From: an uncultured Porphyromonadaceae bacterium | GTDB lineage: Bacteria > Bacteroidota > Bacteroidia > Bacteroidales > Barnesiellaceae | Direction: 5' to 3' | Length of the DNA: 64,000 bases | NCBI GenBank assembly: GCA_900538555.1 | Contig: UPYI01000001.1 | Span: 260,273-324,272 of the forward strand | In this document: piece by piece, positions 30,263 to 40,480 of the stretch | Layout: the number at the start of each line of letters is the position of its first letter | Numbering within the stretch: position 1 is the stretch's first letter | Position numbers and translations under genes: made by a program | The notes under the pieces: generated by a model | What the model was told of the DNA's origin: nothing | Databases searched by the model: none | What the model saw: only the letters and a program-made list of their open reading frames with translations

Positions 30263-30297
30263 ATTGTTGTTTATTCTTATTTTCCGTGTATATTACC

Positions 30298-31764
30298 TTA
30301 TTTTTTCTCGTCTGTTTTGTACTGGTCCAAGTCGATATTGCCCAGCAAGAGTTCCAGATCGGTCTTTGCCGACAGGAAATCGTAGATTGCCTGATTGTAG
30401 GTGAGCTTCGAGCTCGTCAGTGCCAAATCGGCATCATTGACTTCGATGAAAGTCGCCGATCCTATTTCAAAACTTTTCTGCATGATCGCATAGGCTTTCT
30501 CTGCCTGCTTCACGCCTTCCTTGTTGGATGCAACCTGTTTTACCGATTTTTGTATGTTGTCCATCGACGACTGTACCTGCATGGAAAGCCCGCGCACAAG
30601 GTTGTCGCGCTGGAATCCCATTTGCAACAGATTGGCTTTGGCTTGCTTCTCCTTGAATACACGCGACCCACCCTGAAAGATAGGAACGGACAACGACAGT
30701 GCCACCGTAGAATAGGGCGACCAACGGAAGTTCTTGAACATGTTTCCGTCGGACATCGAAATCCAGTTGTAGCCGGCTGATGCCGCCAATGTAGGACTCC
30801 ACGCCATTTGCTGTACCTTTACGGCTTGTTTCACATAGGCTGTCTGCAAATCCAACTGACGCAAATCGGTGTTCTGATCGAGGGAGGTATCGATCGAAAG
30901 AGTTTGCTCGTACATCGAGGCTTCATAATCCGACAACTGACCTTCGACATTGACCTCGACATCCATATCGACTCCCAGCAATACTTTGAGTTGGAGTTTC
31001 GAAAGGGTTACCGCACTTTCTGCCGAAAGCAACGAAGGTTCGAGGTTCCGCACCTGCACTTCGGCACGCAGCACTTCGTATTCGGAAGCTGTTCCGTGTT
31101 CGTATTTGTTCCGGAAATTCTGTGCGTTCAACTTGGCATTGTCGTAACTCTGTTTGATCACATTGTAAGAATCCTGTGCCAACAACACGCCGTAATAGGA
31201 TTTCGTCACCTGATTGACCATCGACAGGCGCGATGACCTCGCCGCTTCTACCGCCTGAGCCACATCGGCTTTGGACAGGGAGATGCTTTTCCACAACTGG
31301 GGCGCGATAATAGGCAATGTGGCATTGAACCCCAACGAATAGGTATTGTCCAAGCCGACTTTCATCCCGCTGCTCCCGCCTTCGGACTGAGTGCTTCCTC
31401 CGGTTACCGACGACGGATCGAATTCGGGGTGGAGCGCACCGATCACTCCGAAAAGAGGATCGAACATGCTACCCATATTTTTCGTATCCATATACATGGT
31501 CTGCTTCTCGATCGCCCGGCTATAACTTGCCGAACCGTCGATCTTGGGAAACAGCCCCGAAATGGCATCTTTTTTCGAATAGTCTTTTTTCTTCACTTCT
31601 ACATCTGCTACCTTGATCATCGGGTTTTCACTCAATGCTACGGTAATCGCACTCTTCAAATCCAGCGTAAGTACCTGCTCCGCCTCCTGTGCATGTACCG
31701 TCACCGGAACAGAAAACGCCAGCAAACAGATTGCCAACATACGCTCTCTCACTCTCATGTTCAT
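30298..31764 (-). CDS. TolC-family outer membrane efflux protein
   Basis: A signal peptide (MNMRVRERMLAICLLAFSVPVTVHA) and two tandem OEP repeats. The ORF track extends it to 31854, which would overlap the TetR gene. The internal start at 31764 is preferred. Confidence 0.8.
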   Translation of the reverse strand: MNMRVRERMLAICLLAFSVPVTVHAQEAEQVLTLDLKSAITVALSENPMIKVADVEVKKKDYSKKDAISGLFPKIDGSASYSRAIEKQTMYMDTKNMGSMFDPLFGVIGALHPEFDPSSVTGGSTQSEGGSSGMKVGLDNTYSLGFNATLPIIAPQLWKSISLSKADVAQAVEAARSSRLSMVNQVTKSYYGVLLAQDSYNVIKQSYDNAKLNAQNFRNKYEHGTASEYEVLRAEVQVRNLEPSLLSAESAVTLSKLQLKVLLGVDMDVEVNVEGQLSDYEASMYEQTLSIDTSLDQNTDLRQLDLQTAYVKQAVKVQQMAWSPTLAASAGYNWISMSDGNMFKNFRWSPYSTVALSLSVPIFQGGSRVFKEKQAKANLLQMGFQRDNLVRGLSMQVQSSMDNIQKSVKQVASNKEGVKQAEKAYAIMQKSFEIGSATFIEVNDADLALTSSKLTYNQAIYDFLSAKTDLELLLGNIDLDQYKTDEKK

Positions 31765-31813
31765 ATTCTCATTCTTTTGGTTGCTATTTCCGATACAGTA
31801 ATATATTGATATA

Positions 31814-32440
31814 TCATTTTTTTTCTTCCGACCTAAATTTTTCCAAAAATTCATCGATAAAGTTCACACCCTCAGCCGTAGCGATACCACGCATGAAGAT
31901 AATGAATAAAGTTTCGATAATTTCGGAAAATGTGTATTTGGTGGAAAGCAGCCCATGACCTGTTTTCACCGATTCCATGTTATACACCAAATGGCTTGCG
32001 ACTAATTCGAAGTTGATGTCCGGTCGAATAAAACCTTCCGATACTCCCCGTTTCAATATCTCGGTCGTAAAATAGATTTGATCTTCCTTAGTCGCCTTAA
32101 ACTTCGAATCCGCTTCCGGATAAAACCGGACAATATCCGAAAAAAACGCAGGGTTGGCGTTACGCATAAACATGATTACCGCCCGATATTCAGAAAGCAT
32201 GATCTCCATTACATTTCTGCCCTCGGACAATACTTTTTTCCGTTGTGCCTCCCCCCGTTCGCTTATGCTTTCCCAACAAGCATTCAACAGTTCTTTTTTA
32301 TTTTCAAAATTCTCATAAAGGGTACGCTTCGACATCCCCAACTTTTCAGCGAGGAAATCCATCGTTACCGATTTGATGCCATACTGCATAAAAAGCGGCA
32401 TCGCACGATCCAATATTTGTTGCTGTAATTCTGTAAACAT
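31814..32440 (-). CDS. TetR/AcrR-family transcriptional regulator
   Basis: An N-terminal HTH (GIKSVTMDFLAEKLGMSKRTLYENFENKKELL). Length 208 aa. It heads the efflux operon. Confidence 0.85.
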   Translation of the reverse strand: MFTELQQQILDRAMPLFMQYGIKSVTMDFLAEKLGMSKRTLYENFENKKELLNACWESISERGEAQRKKVLSEGRNVMEIMLSEYRAVIMFMRNANPAFFSDIVRFYPEADSKFKATKEDQIYFTTEILKRGVSEGFIRPDINFELVASHLVYNMESVKTGHGLLSTKYTFSEIIETLFIIFMRGIATAEGVNFIDEFLEKFRSEEKK

Positions 32441-32610
32441 AAAAAAACAATCCTTTTTGGACTGCGCAAAATTAGAAAACTTTTTTTGTTTTAAAAGTTT
32501 TCAACTGTTATTTTTTATTATACGTCTTTTAATTAGTCTAAAAACAGAACATACGATCGATTTTTCTACAAAAATTAAATAAAATCGCCTCCCCGTTTTC
32601 ACAAACTACC

Positions 32611-32836
32611 TCTATCTTTGCGCAGAGCGCGAACATAGGAAACGGCTCGGCATAGTTCAAATAATTTTGACTCTGCACTCGCCTTTTGCTATATTTATAG
32701 AATATAGGAGGCGGCTCGGCATAGTTCAAATAAATTTGACTCTGCGCTCGCCTTTCGCTATATTTGTAGAATATAGGAGGCGGCTCGGCATAGTTCAAAT
32801 AAATTTGACTCTGCGCTCGCCTTTCGCTATATTTGC
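32611..32836 (+). repeat. 69-bp tandem repeat array (about 3.3 copies), diverged member of repeat family 1, upstream of maeB
   Basis: The unit AGGAGGCGGCTCGGCATAGTTCAAATAAATTTGACTCTGCGCTCGCCTTTCGCTATATTTGTAGAATAT starts at 32637, 32706 and 32775, a period of 69 bp. Each unit carries a TATATTTG box on the plus strand. Confidence 0.85.
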
Positions 32837-33032
32837 ACCGGAAGTTCGATACGGATTCTCTTGTCCGATAGGATTCCTGCCGCTTCCTTTTGTATATTTA
32901 TCCAACTGTTTTTCAATAGGAAAAGTCCGAACAGATGTTGGTTTAAAAATCGGGGAAACAAGCAACCGCCTTATGACCGAATCCGCATTCGCCACACCTT
33001 ATCTCAAATATTACATAAAAAAAATAAACACT

Positions 33033-35315
33033 ATGTCGAAAGTTTCAAAAGAGGATGCGCTGAGATACCACAGCGAAGGGAAAGCCGGAAAAATAGAGGT
33101 GAACCCTACCAAACCATACAGTACGCAACGGGATCTTTCGCTCGCCTATACTCCGGGCGTGGCTGAACCGTGCCTCGAAATCGAAAAAAAACCTGAAACA
33201 GCATACGAATATACCGCCAAAGGGAATCTGGTGGCTGTGATTTCCAACGGCACCGCCGTACTCGGACTGGGCGACATCGGCGCGCTTGCCGGCAAGCCGG
33301 TCATGGAAGGAAAAGGATTGCTGTTCAAAATATTCGCAGGTATCGACGTGTTCGATATCGAGGTAAACGAAAAAGATCCGGAACGTTTCATCCAAGCTGT
33401 CAAGGCTATCGCCCCAACCTTCGGCGGTATCAACCTGGAAGATATCAAGGCTCCGGAGTGTTTTGAAATAGAAACCCGGCTGAAAAACGAACTGGATATT
33501 CCCGTCATGCACGATGACCAGCACGGTACAGCCATTATCTCCGGTGCCGGATTGCTGAACGCATTGGAGATACAAGGTAAAAAAATCGAGGAGGCGCGAT
33601 TAGTGGTAAACGGCGCAGGTGCAGCGGCAATCTCCTGCACCCGACTGTACATGGGGTTGGGTATCCGTCGCGAAAATATCGTCATGGTGGATAGCAAAGG
33701 GGCAATCACTACCGACCGCACCGATCTGAACGAAGCCAAACGCCAGTTCGCCACGTCGCGTACCGACGTGCATACGCTTGCCGATGCAGTACGCGGTGCC
33801 GATATATTCCTCGGACTCTCGGTTGCCGACGTGCTGACACCCGAAATGGTGCAATCGATGAACGACCGGCCGATTGTATTTGCTTTGGCAAACCCGAATC
33901 CGGAAATCGCTTACGACAAAGCCAAAGCTTCTCGTCCGGACTTGATCTTCGCTACCGGACGTTCCGATTATCCCAACCAGATCAACAACGTATTGGGTTT
34001 CCCTTATATTTTCCGCGGCGCACTCGATGCACGTGCAACCACCATCAACGAAGAGATGAAACTCGCCGCAACGTATGCCATCGCCAAACTGACCAAAGAG
34101 CATGTGCCGGATTTCGTAAATGCGGCTTACGGTTTGGAAAGCATTACGTTCGGACCGGAATACATCATACCGAAAGCTCTCGACCCGAGACTATTGACGG
34201 CGGTTGCTCCGGCTGTCGCCAAAGCGGCAATGGAATCGGGTGTGGCACAACGCCCGATCACCGACTGGGAGGCGTACAACAACAAATTGAAAGAGTTGAT
34301 GGGCTACGACAACAAGATGTTGCGCGAACTGACCGAGATGGCGAAAAAGAATCCGAAACGGGTGGTATTCGCCGAAGCCAACCACGCCAATATGTTGCAA
34401 GCCGCCTACACGGCAAAACACGAAGGGATCTGCCAGCCGATCCTGCTGGGCAACGACGAGTTCATCTCGAAACTAGCGGCACAGATCGGTATCAGCCTCG
34501 AAGGAATGCAGATCATCAATCTCCGTCACCCCGACGAAGAGGCACGCCGCGAACGTTACGCCCGTGCCCTTGCGGCTAAACGGGAGCGCGAAGGGATCAC
34601 CTATACCGAAGCCCGCGAGAAGATGTACGACCGCAACTATTTCGGTATGATGATGGTAGAGGTAGGCGATGCCGATGCATTCATTACCGGCACCTATTCG
34701 AAATATACCGAGACGATACAAATCGCCAAAGAGGTAATCGGCATCCGCGACGGATATAAACACTTCGGAGCCATGCACATCATGAACACCAAGAAAGGTA
34801 CGTTCTTCCTCGCCGACACGCTGATCAACCGGCATCCCGATACCGATACATTGATCGACATCGCGTCCCTCGCCCGCGAATCGGTGAAATTTTTCGCAAC
34901 CGAACCGGTAATGGCAATGGTGTCGTATTCAAACTTCGGCGCAGACAAAGAAGGCAGCCCGCTCCGGGTACGGAATGCGGTGAAGGTAATGCAAGAGCGC
35001 TATCCCGATCTGGCTATCGACGGCGAGATGCAGGTAAACTTCGCTATCAACAACAAGCTGCGCGACGAAAGCTATCCGTTCAACAAACTGTACGGACGTG
35101 AAGTGAACACGCTCATCTTCCCGAACCTGAGCGCAGCCAACACGGCTTACAAAATGATGCTCGAAATGGGTGTGGCAGAGTTCGTCGGACCGATACAAAT
35201 GGGTCTGAACAAGCCGATCCACTTCACCGACATCGCCAGCTCGTCGCGCGACATCGTGAACTTGACGACTATCGCCGTTCTGGATGCCTGCGTGCAAGAG
35301 CAGAAATGCAAATAG
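33033..35315 (+). CDS. maeB: NADP-dependent malic enzyme (malic enzyme domain fused to a phosphotransacetylase-like domain)
   Basis: The malic-enzyme N-terminus YTPGVAEPC, an NAD(P)-binding GAGAAA motif, and a PTA-like C-terminal half. Length 760 aa. The ORF-track start at 32667 runs through the tandem repeat and is rejected. Confidence 0.9.
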   Translation: MSKVSKEDALRYHSEGKAGKIEVNPTKPYSTQRDLSLAYTPGVAEPCLEIEKKPETAYEYTAKGNLVAVISNGTAVLGLGDIGALAGKPVMEGKGLLFKIFAGIDVFDIEVNEKDPERFIQAVKAIAPTFGGINLEDIKAPECFEIETRLKNELDIPVMHDDQHGTAIISGAGLLNALEIQGKKIEEARLVVNGAGAAAISCTRLYMGLGIRRENIVMVDSKGAITTDRTDLNEAKRQFATSRTDVHTLADAVRGADIFLGLSVADVLTPEMVQSMNDRPIVFALANPNPEIAYDKAKASRPDLIFATGRSDYPNQINNVLGFPYIFRGALDARATTINEEMKLAATYAIAKLTKEHVPDFVNAAYGLESITFGPEYIIPKALDPRLLTAVAPAVAKAAMESGVAQRPITDWEAYNNKLKELMGYDNKMLRELTEMAKKNPKRVVFAEANHANMLQAAYTAKHEGICQPILLGNDEFISKLAAQIGISLEGMQIINLRHPDEEARRERYARALAAKREREGITYTEAREKMYDRNYFGMMMVEVGDADAFITGTYSKYTETIQIAKEVIGIRDGYKHFGAMHIMNTKKGTFFLADTLINRHPDTDTLIDIASLARESVKFFATEPVMAMVSYSNFGADKEGSPLRVRNAVKVMQERYPDLAIDGEMQVNFAINNKLRDESYPFNKLYGREVNTLIFPNLSAANTAYKMMLEMGVAEFVGPIQMGLNKPIHFTDIASSSRDIVNLTTIAVLDACVQEQKCK

Positions 35316-35416
35316 GCACATACCGCCGCATGGCGGATACCGAGACAGGATGCCCCGAAGCATCCCAATACAGGAATTCCCTCGCCACAAGCAAAATTGT
35401 GACGGGGGAGTTCTGT

Positions 35417-37165
35417 TTATTGCGGTAGGAACAAAGCGAAATATTGATTTTCAAAAACGATACGGTAATTGTTCTTTTCCATAAACTCATTTACTACACG
35501 GCTCTTTTCATTGCTCTTAAAAGAACCGGATTCCACTCCGCAATCGACCAGATAGTTTTCGTCGGGCAACCCGAATTCCGGTCCGATGCTGTCGAACTTC
35601 TGCCTTAATATCGCCGGAAGAGTTCCTGTATAATTTTCCAATTTTTGTTTCAATAGAGGGAGGCTCAACAATTCGGGCCAGGAACACCCGATAAACGGTT
35701 TCGTCCGCGTCATATAATTGACTGCGGGTATGCTGCCATAGGCAAACAGGCAATCGCCCTCTTTGATGTACGGTTCTATCCCTTCCAACAGATCATTGAT
35801 TATCCGTGCTCTTTCGCGGGTAGTGTAAACATGCTTCGTCCTTTCGTTCCGGACAGCAAAACGTTTTTCAAACAGAGTGCCTCCGTCGAAATATACGCCC
35901 CCGACCGCTGTTTTTGCCACGCAAGCCAACACATATATGCCCAAAGTGAACCCTAACGTTTTTCCGGCGTTTTGTACCGACAACGCAGGAGGCAGAATCT
36001 TATTTTTTACGGAAAAGAAGAACGAGACGGCGAGCGGCAATCCTAACCAATAGATAATGCTCCCGTTGTTGAACATCCCGCCGTCACTGCCCAACGGAAT
36101 GATCAGCATCATGGAAAGCCCCGCCCACGACAACATCTTTATCTCCTTGCTATCAGCTAAAATAATATTTCCGATCAATCCGATCAAGGAGAAAACAGAG
36201 AGGACAATCACAGCATTTTCCCGATAAAAAAGGATAGCGAGCAACAGAAACGCAACCAGCTGCACCGGTAGCCGCAACAGGATAGTTTTTACATACCGAC
36301 ATGTTCCATACAGGACACCATAAATCAAAAGTATTTTCACACCGAACTTAAAGACCCGTCCGTAGATCCTGACCTGTGCCCCTATCATATTGGCAAGGGT
36401 ATGGGCATTCGTCCCACTATCGTCGCCCGCAACGGAGAACAGATCCTGCAAATTGTTCAAAAAATAATCGTAATGTCCCCACGGTTTCATCCATAACAGA
36501 ATGCCGGCAATACCCGCAAGGAACGAAAGGGTGAAGATCGAACACCGAACGACACAACGGCGCACACTCTCTTTATAATACAGCTGATGCAGAATGACAA
36601 TCAGAACAATGCCGTAGTCGAGGAGATTCGGAATCCGTGCAAAAGTATTCAATGCGACTATACATCCGCCGATCACGAAATAGAGGTTACTATCACGCCT
36701 CAACCCCTTGAACAGGCAAAAGAGTGCGAGCAGATATAAAAGGCATGTCAGCAGATCGTTGTAGAATGCCATCGGGAGGGCAGCATAAGAGATAACGACC
36801 AACGACACACCGATGATGATTGCCGAAACGGGTATCCGGTTACGGAGCAAACCGTACACCAAAGCGACAGCGAGCAGATTGGTCGCCACGCCCAACAGAC
36901 GGATCCCGAATATGCCGGCATCGGGAAACAAAGCCATGAATGCTCCGCCCACTACTCCGCTCAGATAATACATAAAGTTGTATTGCACACTTTCGGGCGC
37001 ATCGAAGATGTGATCGTAGAAAGTCATATAAAATCCCGAATCGCACAATTCAAATCCCCAAAAGACGGAAATCAGCTGATAGGCTGTAAGAAAAAGACAG
37101 GTCAATGCAAATGCTTTTCCCGGATTGTTTTCAATAAGACGATATAATCGAGAAAATGTTTTCAT
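35417..37165 (-). CDS. Polytopic membrane protein of unknown function (possible GT-C-like glycosyltransferase)
   Basis: A 582-aa protein with more than 10 predicted transmembrane helices over the first ~400 residues and a C-terminal soluble domain. No recognisable catalytic motif was found. Confidence 0.45.
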   Translation of the reverse strand: MKTFSRLYRLIENNPGKAFALTCLFLTAYQLISVFWGFELCDSGFYMTFYDHIFDAPESVQYNFMYYLSGVVGGAFMALFPDAGIFGIRLLGVATNLLAVALVYGLLRNRIPVSAIIIGVSLVVISYAALPMAFYNDLLTCLLYLLALFCLFKGLRRDSNLYFVIGGCIVALNTFARIPNLLDYGIVLIVILHQLYYKESVRRCVVRCSIFTLSFLAGIAGILLWMKPWGHYDYFLNNLQDLFSVAGDDSGTNAHTLANMIGAQVRIYGRVFKFGVKILLIYGVLYGTCRYVKTILLRLPVQLVAFLLLAILFYRENAVIVLSVFSLIGLIGNIILADSKEIKMLSWAGLSMMLIIPLGSDGGMFNNGSIIYWLGLPLAVSFFFSVKNKILPPALSVQNAGKTLGFTLGIYVLACVAKTAVGGVYFDGGTLFEKRFAVRNERTKHVYTTRERARIINDLLEGIEPYIKEGDCLFAYGSIPAVNYMTRTKPFIGCSWPELLSLPLLKQKLENYTGTLPAILRQKFDSIGPEFGLPDENYLVDCGVESGSFKSNEKSRVVNEFMEKNNYRIVFENQYFALFLPQ

Positions 37166-37494
37166 GAGAGAACGGTTTATTTCCGGTATCCGGTAACGGC
37201 TCGTCGGAATCGATTTTATATTTCTTCAACTGTAATTATACACAAATATAATTAAAGGTTCGGCAGAAGCAAACAGGAGGCGAGAAAAGATGCTTGAATA
37301 TAAAATATCATGATCCGGTTATAGCAGACCGCCTCCCCGATCGGGCATAAAGTCAAATACAGAAACGGGACGTTTTTTTATTATGACGATATTAAAATCG
37401 GTGTTTTTTATGTATGTTTGTAAATGATAAGCTATGCCTCAATATGTTCGGCTGGCTTTCTGTTTGCGATAACTTATCTAACACAAAACCCGAT

Positions 37495-39609
37495 ATGAAA
37501 ATAAAAACTTGCCTTATGATCGCCGGTTCTCTCAGCATGCTATCCGCCTGCTCCTCATCGGACAAAATCGTTTACCCCGAAACGCCGAAAGGCGATGTGA
37601 CGGATACGATATTCGGACGGGCTGTCGCCGATCCTTACCGTTGGCTGGAAGACGACCGGTCGGAAGCTACCGCCCAATGGGTAAAAGCCCAAAATGAAAT
37701 AACGTACGACTATCTGTCGAAAATTCCATTCCGCGAGGCTCTGCGCAAACGTATGGCGGCTTGCGCCGGATTTCCGCAGATGAAAGCCCCGTTCCGTAAG
37801 AACGGGAAATATTATGCGTTCAAAAACGACGGAATACAGAACCAAGATGTGCTGTATGTCATGGATTCGCTCGACGGAGAGAGCCGTGTACTGTTAGATC
37901 CCAATACATTGTCGGAAGACGGTACCGTAGCCCTGTCGAATATCAAATTCTCGAAAGACGGTCGATATTTGGCTTATGCTATTGCCCGGAACGGATCGGA
38001 CTGGAACGAGATATTCGTTTTAGATACCGAAACGGGGAGTGTTCTACCCGACCATATCGAATGGGTGAAATTCTCGGACATCGCCTGGGATGAGTCCGGA
38101 TTTTATTACAGTGCCTATCCCCAGCCGGAAGCCGGACAAGAGATGTCTGCCGCCAATCGGGATCAACGGGTCTATTACCACAAGTTAGGCGATGATCCGC
38201 ACAAAGACAAAGTGGTATTTAAAGATTCCGCCCACCCCTTGCGCAGCGTAGAAGCGACAATCACATCCGACGGACAATATTTGGTTATCAGCCAAATAGA
38301 ATCGACCACCGGCAATGCTCTGCATTTATTGGATGTGAAAAGCAAACGCCCGGCAATGAAAACCGTCGCCGACGATTTCGCATACGACTATGTATTCATC
38401 GACCGCATAGACGGGGATCTTTACCTATATACCAACCGGGAAGCTCCGCGCGGCAAAATTGTACGGATAGATCCGAAACACCCCGAAAAGATGCAAACCG
38501 TCGTAGCGGAATCGGAACATGCGATCAACCGCTACCTGTTCGCCGGAGGTAAACTGATTGTCGGCTATAATGTAAATGCGAGCGACCGGCTGTTTGCCTA
38601 CACACCCGAAGGGACGAAGCTGCACGAGATCGAACTGCCGGGCATCGGCTGTATTCGGGAAATCGAAGGCGACTTCTCGGAAAACGACCTGTTCTACCGT
38701 TTTACCTCTTACATCTATCCTCCGACATTGTACCGTTATGCCTGCGACAGCAACCGCTCGGAACTGGTTCAAGCATCGGCTGCCGACTTCGATCCGGAAT
38801 TATACGAATCGAATCTGGTATTCTATCCGAGCAAGGACGGAACACAGATACCGATGTATATCACACATAAGAAAGGGATAACCCTCGACGGAAAGAACCC
38901 CACCCTGCTCTACGGCTACGGAGGTTTCTCGATCAGCATGTCACCCCGCTTCATCACCTCCGTCGTTCCGTTCCTCGAACAAGGCGGTATCTATGCAGAG
39001 GCTTGCCTGCGCGGCGGAAGCGAATATGGAGAGGAATGGCACCTCGCCGGAACGAAAATGCAAAAACAGAATGTGTTCGACGACTTCATATCGGCTGCCG
39101 AATACCTGATCGGCAAAGGCTATACCAATCCCCGGAAGTTAGGTATTCACGGCGGCTCGAACGGCGGGCTGCTGATCGGAGCCTGCATGACACAACGCCC
39201 CGACCTGTTTGCCGTAGCACTGCCGGCTGTCGGCGTACTCGATATGCTCCGGTATCACAAGTTTACGATCGGATGGGCATGGGCTACCGACTACGGTACA
39301 AGCGAAGAGAGTCCGGAAATGTTCGAATATCTGCTGGGATACTCGCCGCTGCACAATCTGCGGACTGCCGATTATCCGGCTACATTAGTATTGACGAACG
39401 ACCATGACGACCGTGTAGTTCCGGCTCACTCGTTCAAATTTGCAGCCACACTGCAAGAGGCAAACTGCGGCGAACACCCGACCTTGATCCGCATCGGTGT
39501 CAATGCCGGACACGGAGCCGGAATGCCCCGCCACATGGACACGGATTACCGGACAGATATTTATTCGTTCCTGATGTACAATTTAGGCATGAAACCGGTT
39601 TTTGAATAA
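37495..39609 (+). CDS. Prolyl oligopeptidase (S9A prolyl endopeptidase) lipoprotein
   Basis: The catalytic serine motif GGSNGGLL, a lipoprotein signal (MKIKTCLMIAGSLSMLSAC), and a beta-propeller N-domain. The ORF-track start at 37414 is replaced by the ATG at 37495. Confidence 0.88.
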   Translation: MKIKTCLMIAGSLSMLSACSSSDKIVYPETPKGDVTDTIFGRAVADPYRWLEDDRSEATAQWVKAQNEITYDYLSKIPFREALRKRMAACAGFPQMKAPFRKNGKYYAFKNDGIQNQDVLYVMDSLDGESRVLLDPNTLSEDGTVALSNIKFSKDGRYLAYAIARNGSDWNEIFVLDTETGSVLPDHIEWVKFSDIAWDESGFYYSAYPQPEAGQEMSAANRDQRVYYHKLGDDPHKDKVVFKDSAHPLRSVEATITSDGQYLVISQIESTTGNALHLLDVKSKRPAMKTVADDFAYDYVFIDRIDGDLYLYTNREAPRGKIVRIDPKHPEKMQTVVAESEHAINRYLFAGGKLIVGYNVNASDRLFAYTPEGTKLHEIELPGIGCIREIEGDFSENDLFYRFTSYIYPPTLYRYACDSNRSELVQASAADFDPELYESNLVFYPSKDGTQIPMYITHKKGITLDGKNPTLLYGYGGFSISMSPRFITSVVPFLEQGGIYAEACLRGGSEYGEEWHLAGTKMQKQNVFDDFISAAEYLIGKGYTNPRKLGIHGGSNGGLLIGACMTQRPDLFAVALPAVGVLDMLRYHKFTIGWAWATDYGTSEESPEMFEYLLGYSPLHNLRTADYPATLVLTNDHDDRVVPAHSFKFAATLQEANCGEHPTLIRIGVNAGHGAGMPRHMDTDYRTDIYSFLMYNLGMKPVFE

Positions 39610-39644
39610 ACCTTTTCACCGTACAAATCCAACGAAAGCGGTGT

Positions 39645-39838
39645 GTTATCATGCCCAACCTGTTGCGTTACCATCGGAAATCGGGCTAAGTCATTTATAT
39701 CAGTAAACGACCTAGCCCGATTCTTCTGCACATTGCATTTTAAACTTTTAGATTTCAACAAATGCTGCGCCTCGGCATAATCAATCCAAGTTTTCTCTTG
39801 ACCGCTTCTGCTCTCGCTTGCAACCCCCTTTCGTTTTC
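39645..39838. repeat. Family-2 mosaic intergenic element, longest copy
   Basis: Shares the 5' module CCAACCTGTTGCGTTACCATCGGAAATCGGGCTAAGTC...CAGTAAAC with 51236-51290 and 61093-61150. Shares the 3' module GCTGCGCCTCGGCATAATC...CTTGACCGCTTCTGCTCTCGCTTGCAA with 25895-25980. Confidence 0.7.
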
Positions 39839-40480
39839 CAACCATATCTCAGAAACGTATTGCCTTACAGCATACTGAACTTTGATGCGGGTCGTTCTTA
39901 GCCTATCCCGACACCCGATATTTACTTATTGTATTTTTAACTAAAACCATACGGTCGGGACAAGGCTGATCGAAGGTATCATCTCCCTACGGCAGAATGA
40001 CTTCCTGTTGTCTGCCGCAGATGCAACCACCCCAAACATACGCCCGGCATACCGAAGATAAAACGAAGAAAAAAGAGGCGGGAAAAAGAAAAAAAATCGG
40101 TCTGAGAAAATTTTTCCGGAGAGGTCGGCATCCGGCACAAAACATTCGTAAATCGTTCATTCGCAAGAGATAGAAAACGCGGGCAAACCGGTATCCGATT
40201 TTTTCTCCTCAAAAATGAAAATATTTTAATTATCGGCTATTTTAAAATCCAAAATATTGACTTATATTTGAATACCGTATTTCCGGAAACGGAAGATCGG
40301 CAGTTTTTTCCACAATAGGAAAATGTTCTGCCCGGTGCTGTAGAATCTGTTATTCGAATCATACCGAACAGAGAAGTTATTGTATTTTGGCTCTCAAAGC
40401 CTCATTGATGTAGAATGTAAATTAACAACCTTGAATCGAAAAGCACAGTCTTTCGGTTTAATAACAATTTTTAAAAACTT

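Noticed and set aside
31765-31854. Extended TolC start at 31854 (MNFWKNLGRKKKND...)
   Set aside because: It would overlap the 3' end of the tetR gene by 40 bp and place a charged 30-aa segment ahead of a canonical signal peptide. The internal ATG at 31764 gives a proper n/h/c signal peptide.
32538-32798. 86-aa minus-strand ORF with an internally repeated peptide (NYAEPPPIFYKYS...RRxQSQxYL x3)
   Set aside because: It is a translation artefact of the 69-bp tandem DNA repeat. Because 69 = 3 x 23, each DNA unit yields the same 23-aa peptide. There is no start context or ribosome-binding signal, and it overlaps the promoter array.
32667-33032. N-terminal 122-aa extension of the malic enzyme ORF proposed by the ORF track
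   Set aside because: The extension runs through the tandem repeat and encodes low-complexity repeated peptide. The conserved malic enzyme N-terminus begins at the ATG at 33033 (MSKVSKEDALRYH).
37276-37340. Hairpin with 7-bp stem (GGAGGCG/CGCCTCC) and ~45-nt loop upstream of the prolyl endopeptidase gene
   Set aside because: The stem is short relative to the loop and there is no flanking T-run. It is more likely chance complementarity within the promoter region than a terminator or riboswitch.
39561-39845. 94-aa minus-strand ORF downstream of the prolyl endopeptidase gene
   Set aside because: It overlaps the peptidase stop codon and lies entirely within the family-2 repeat element. It has no recognisable domain.
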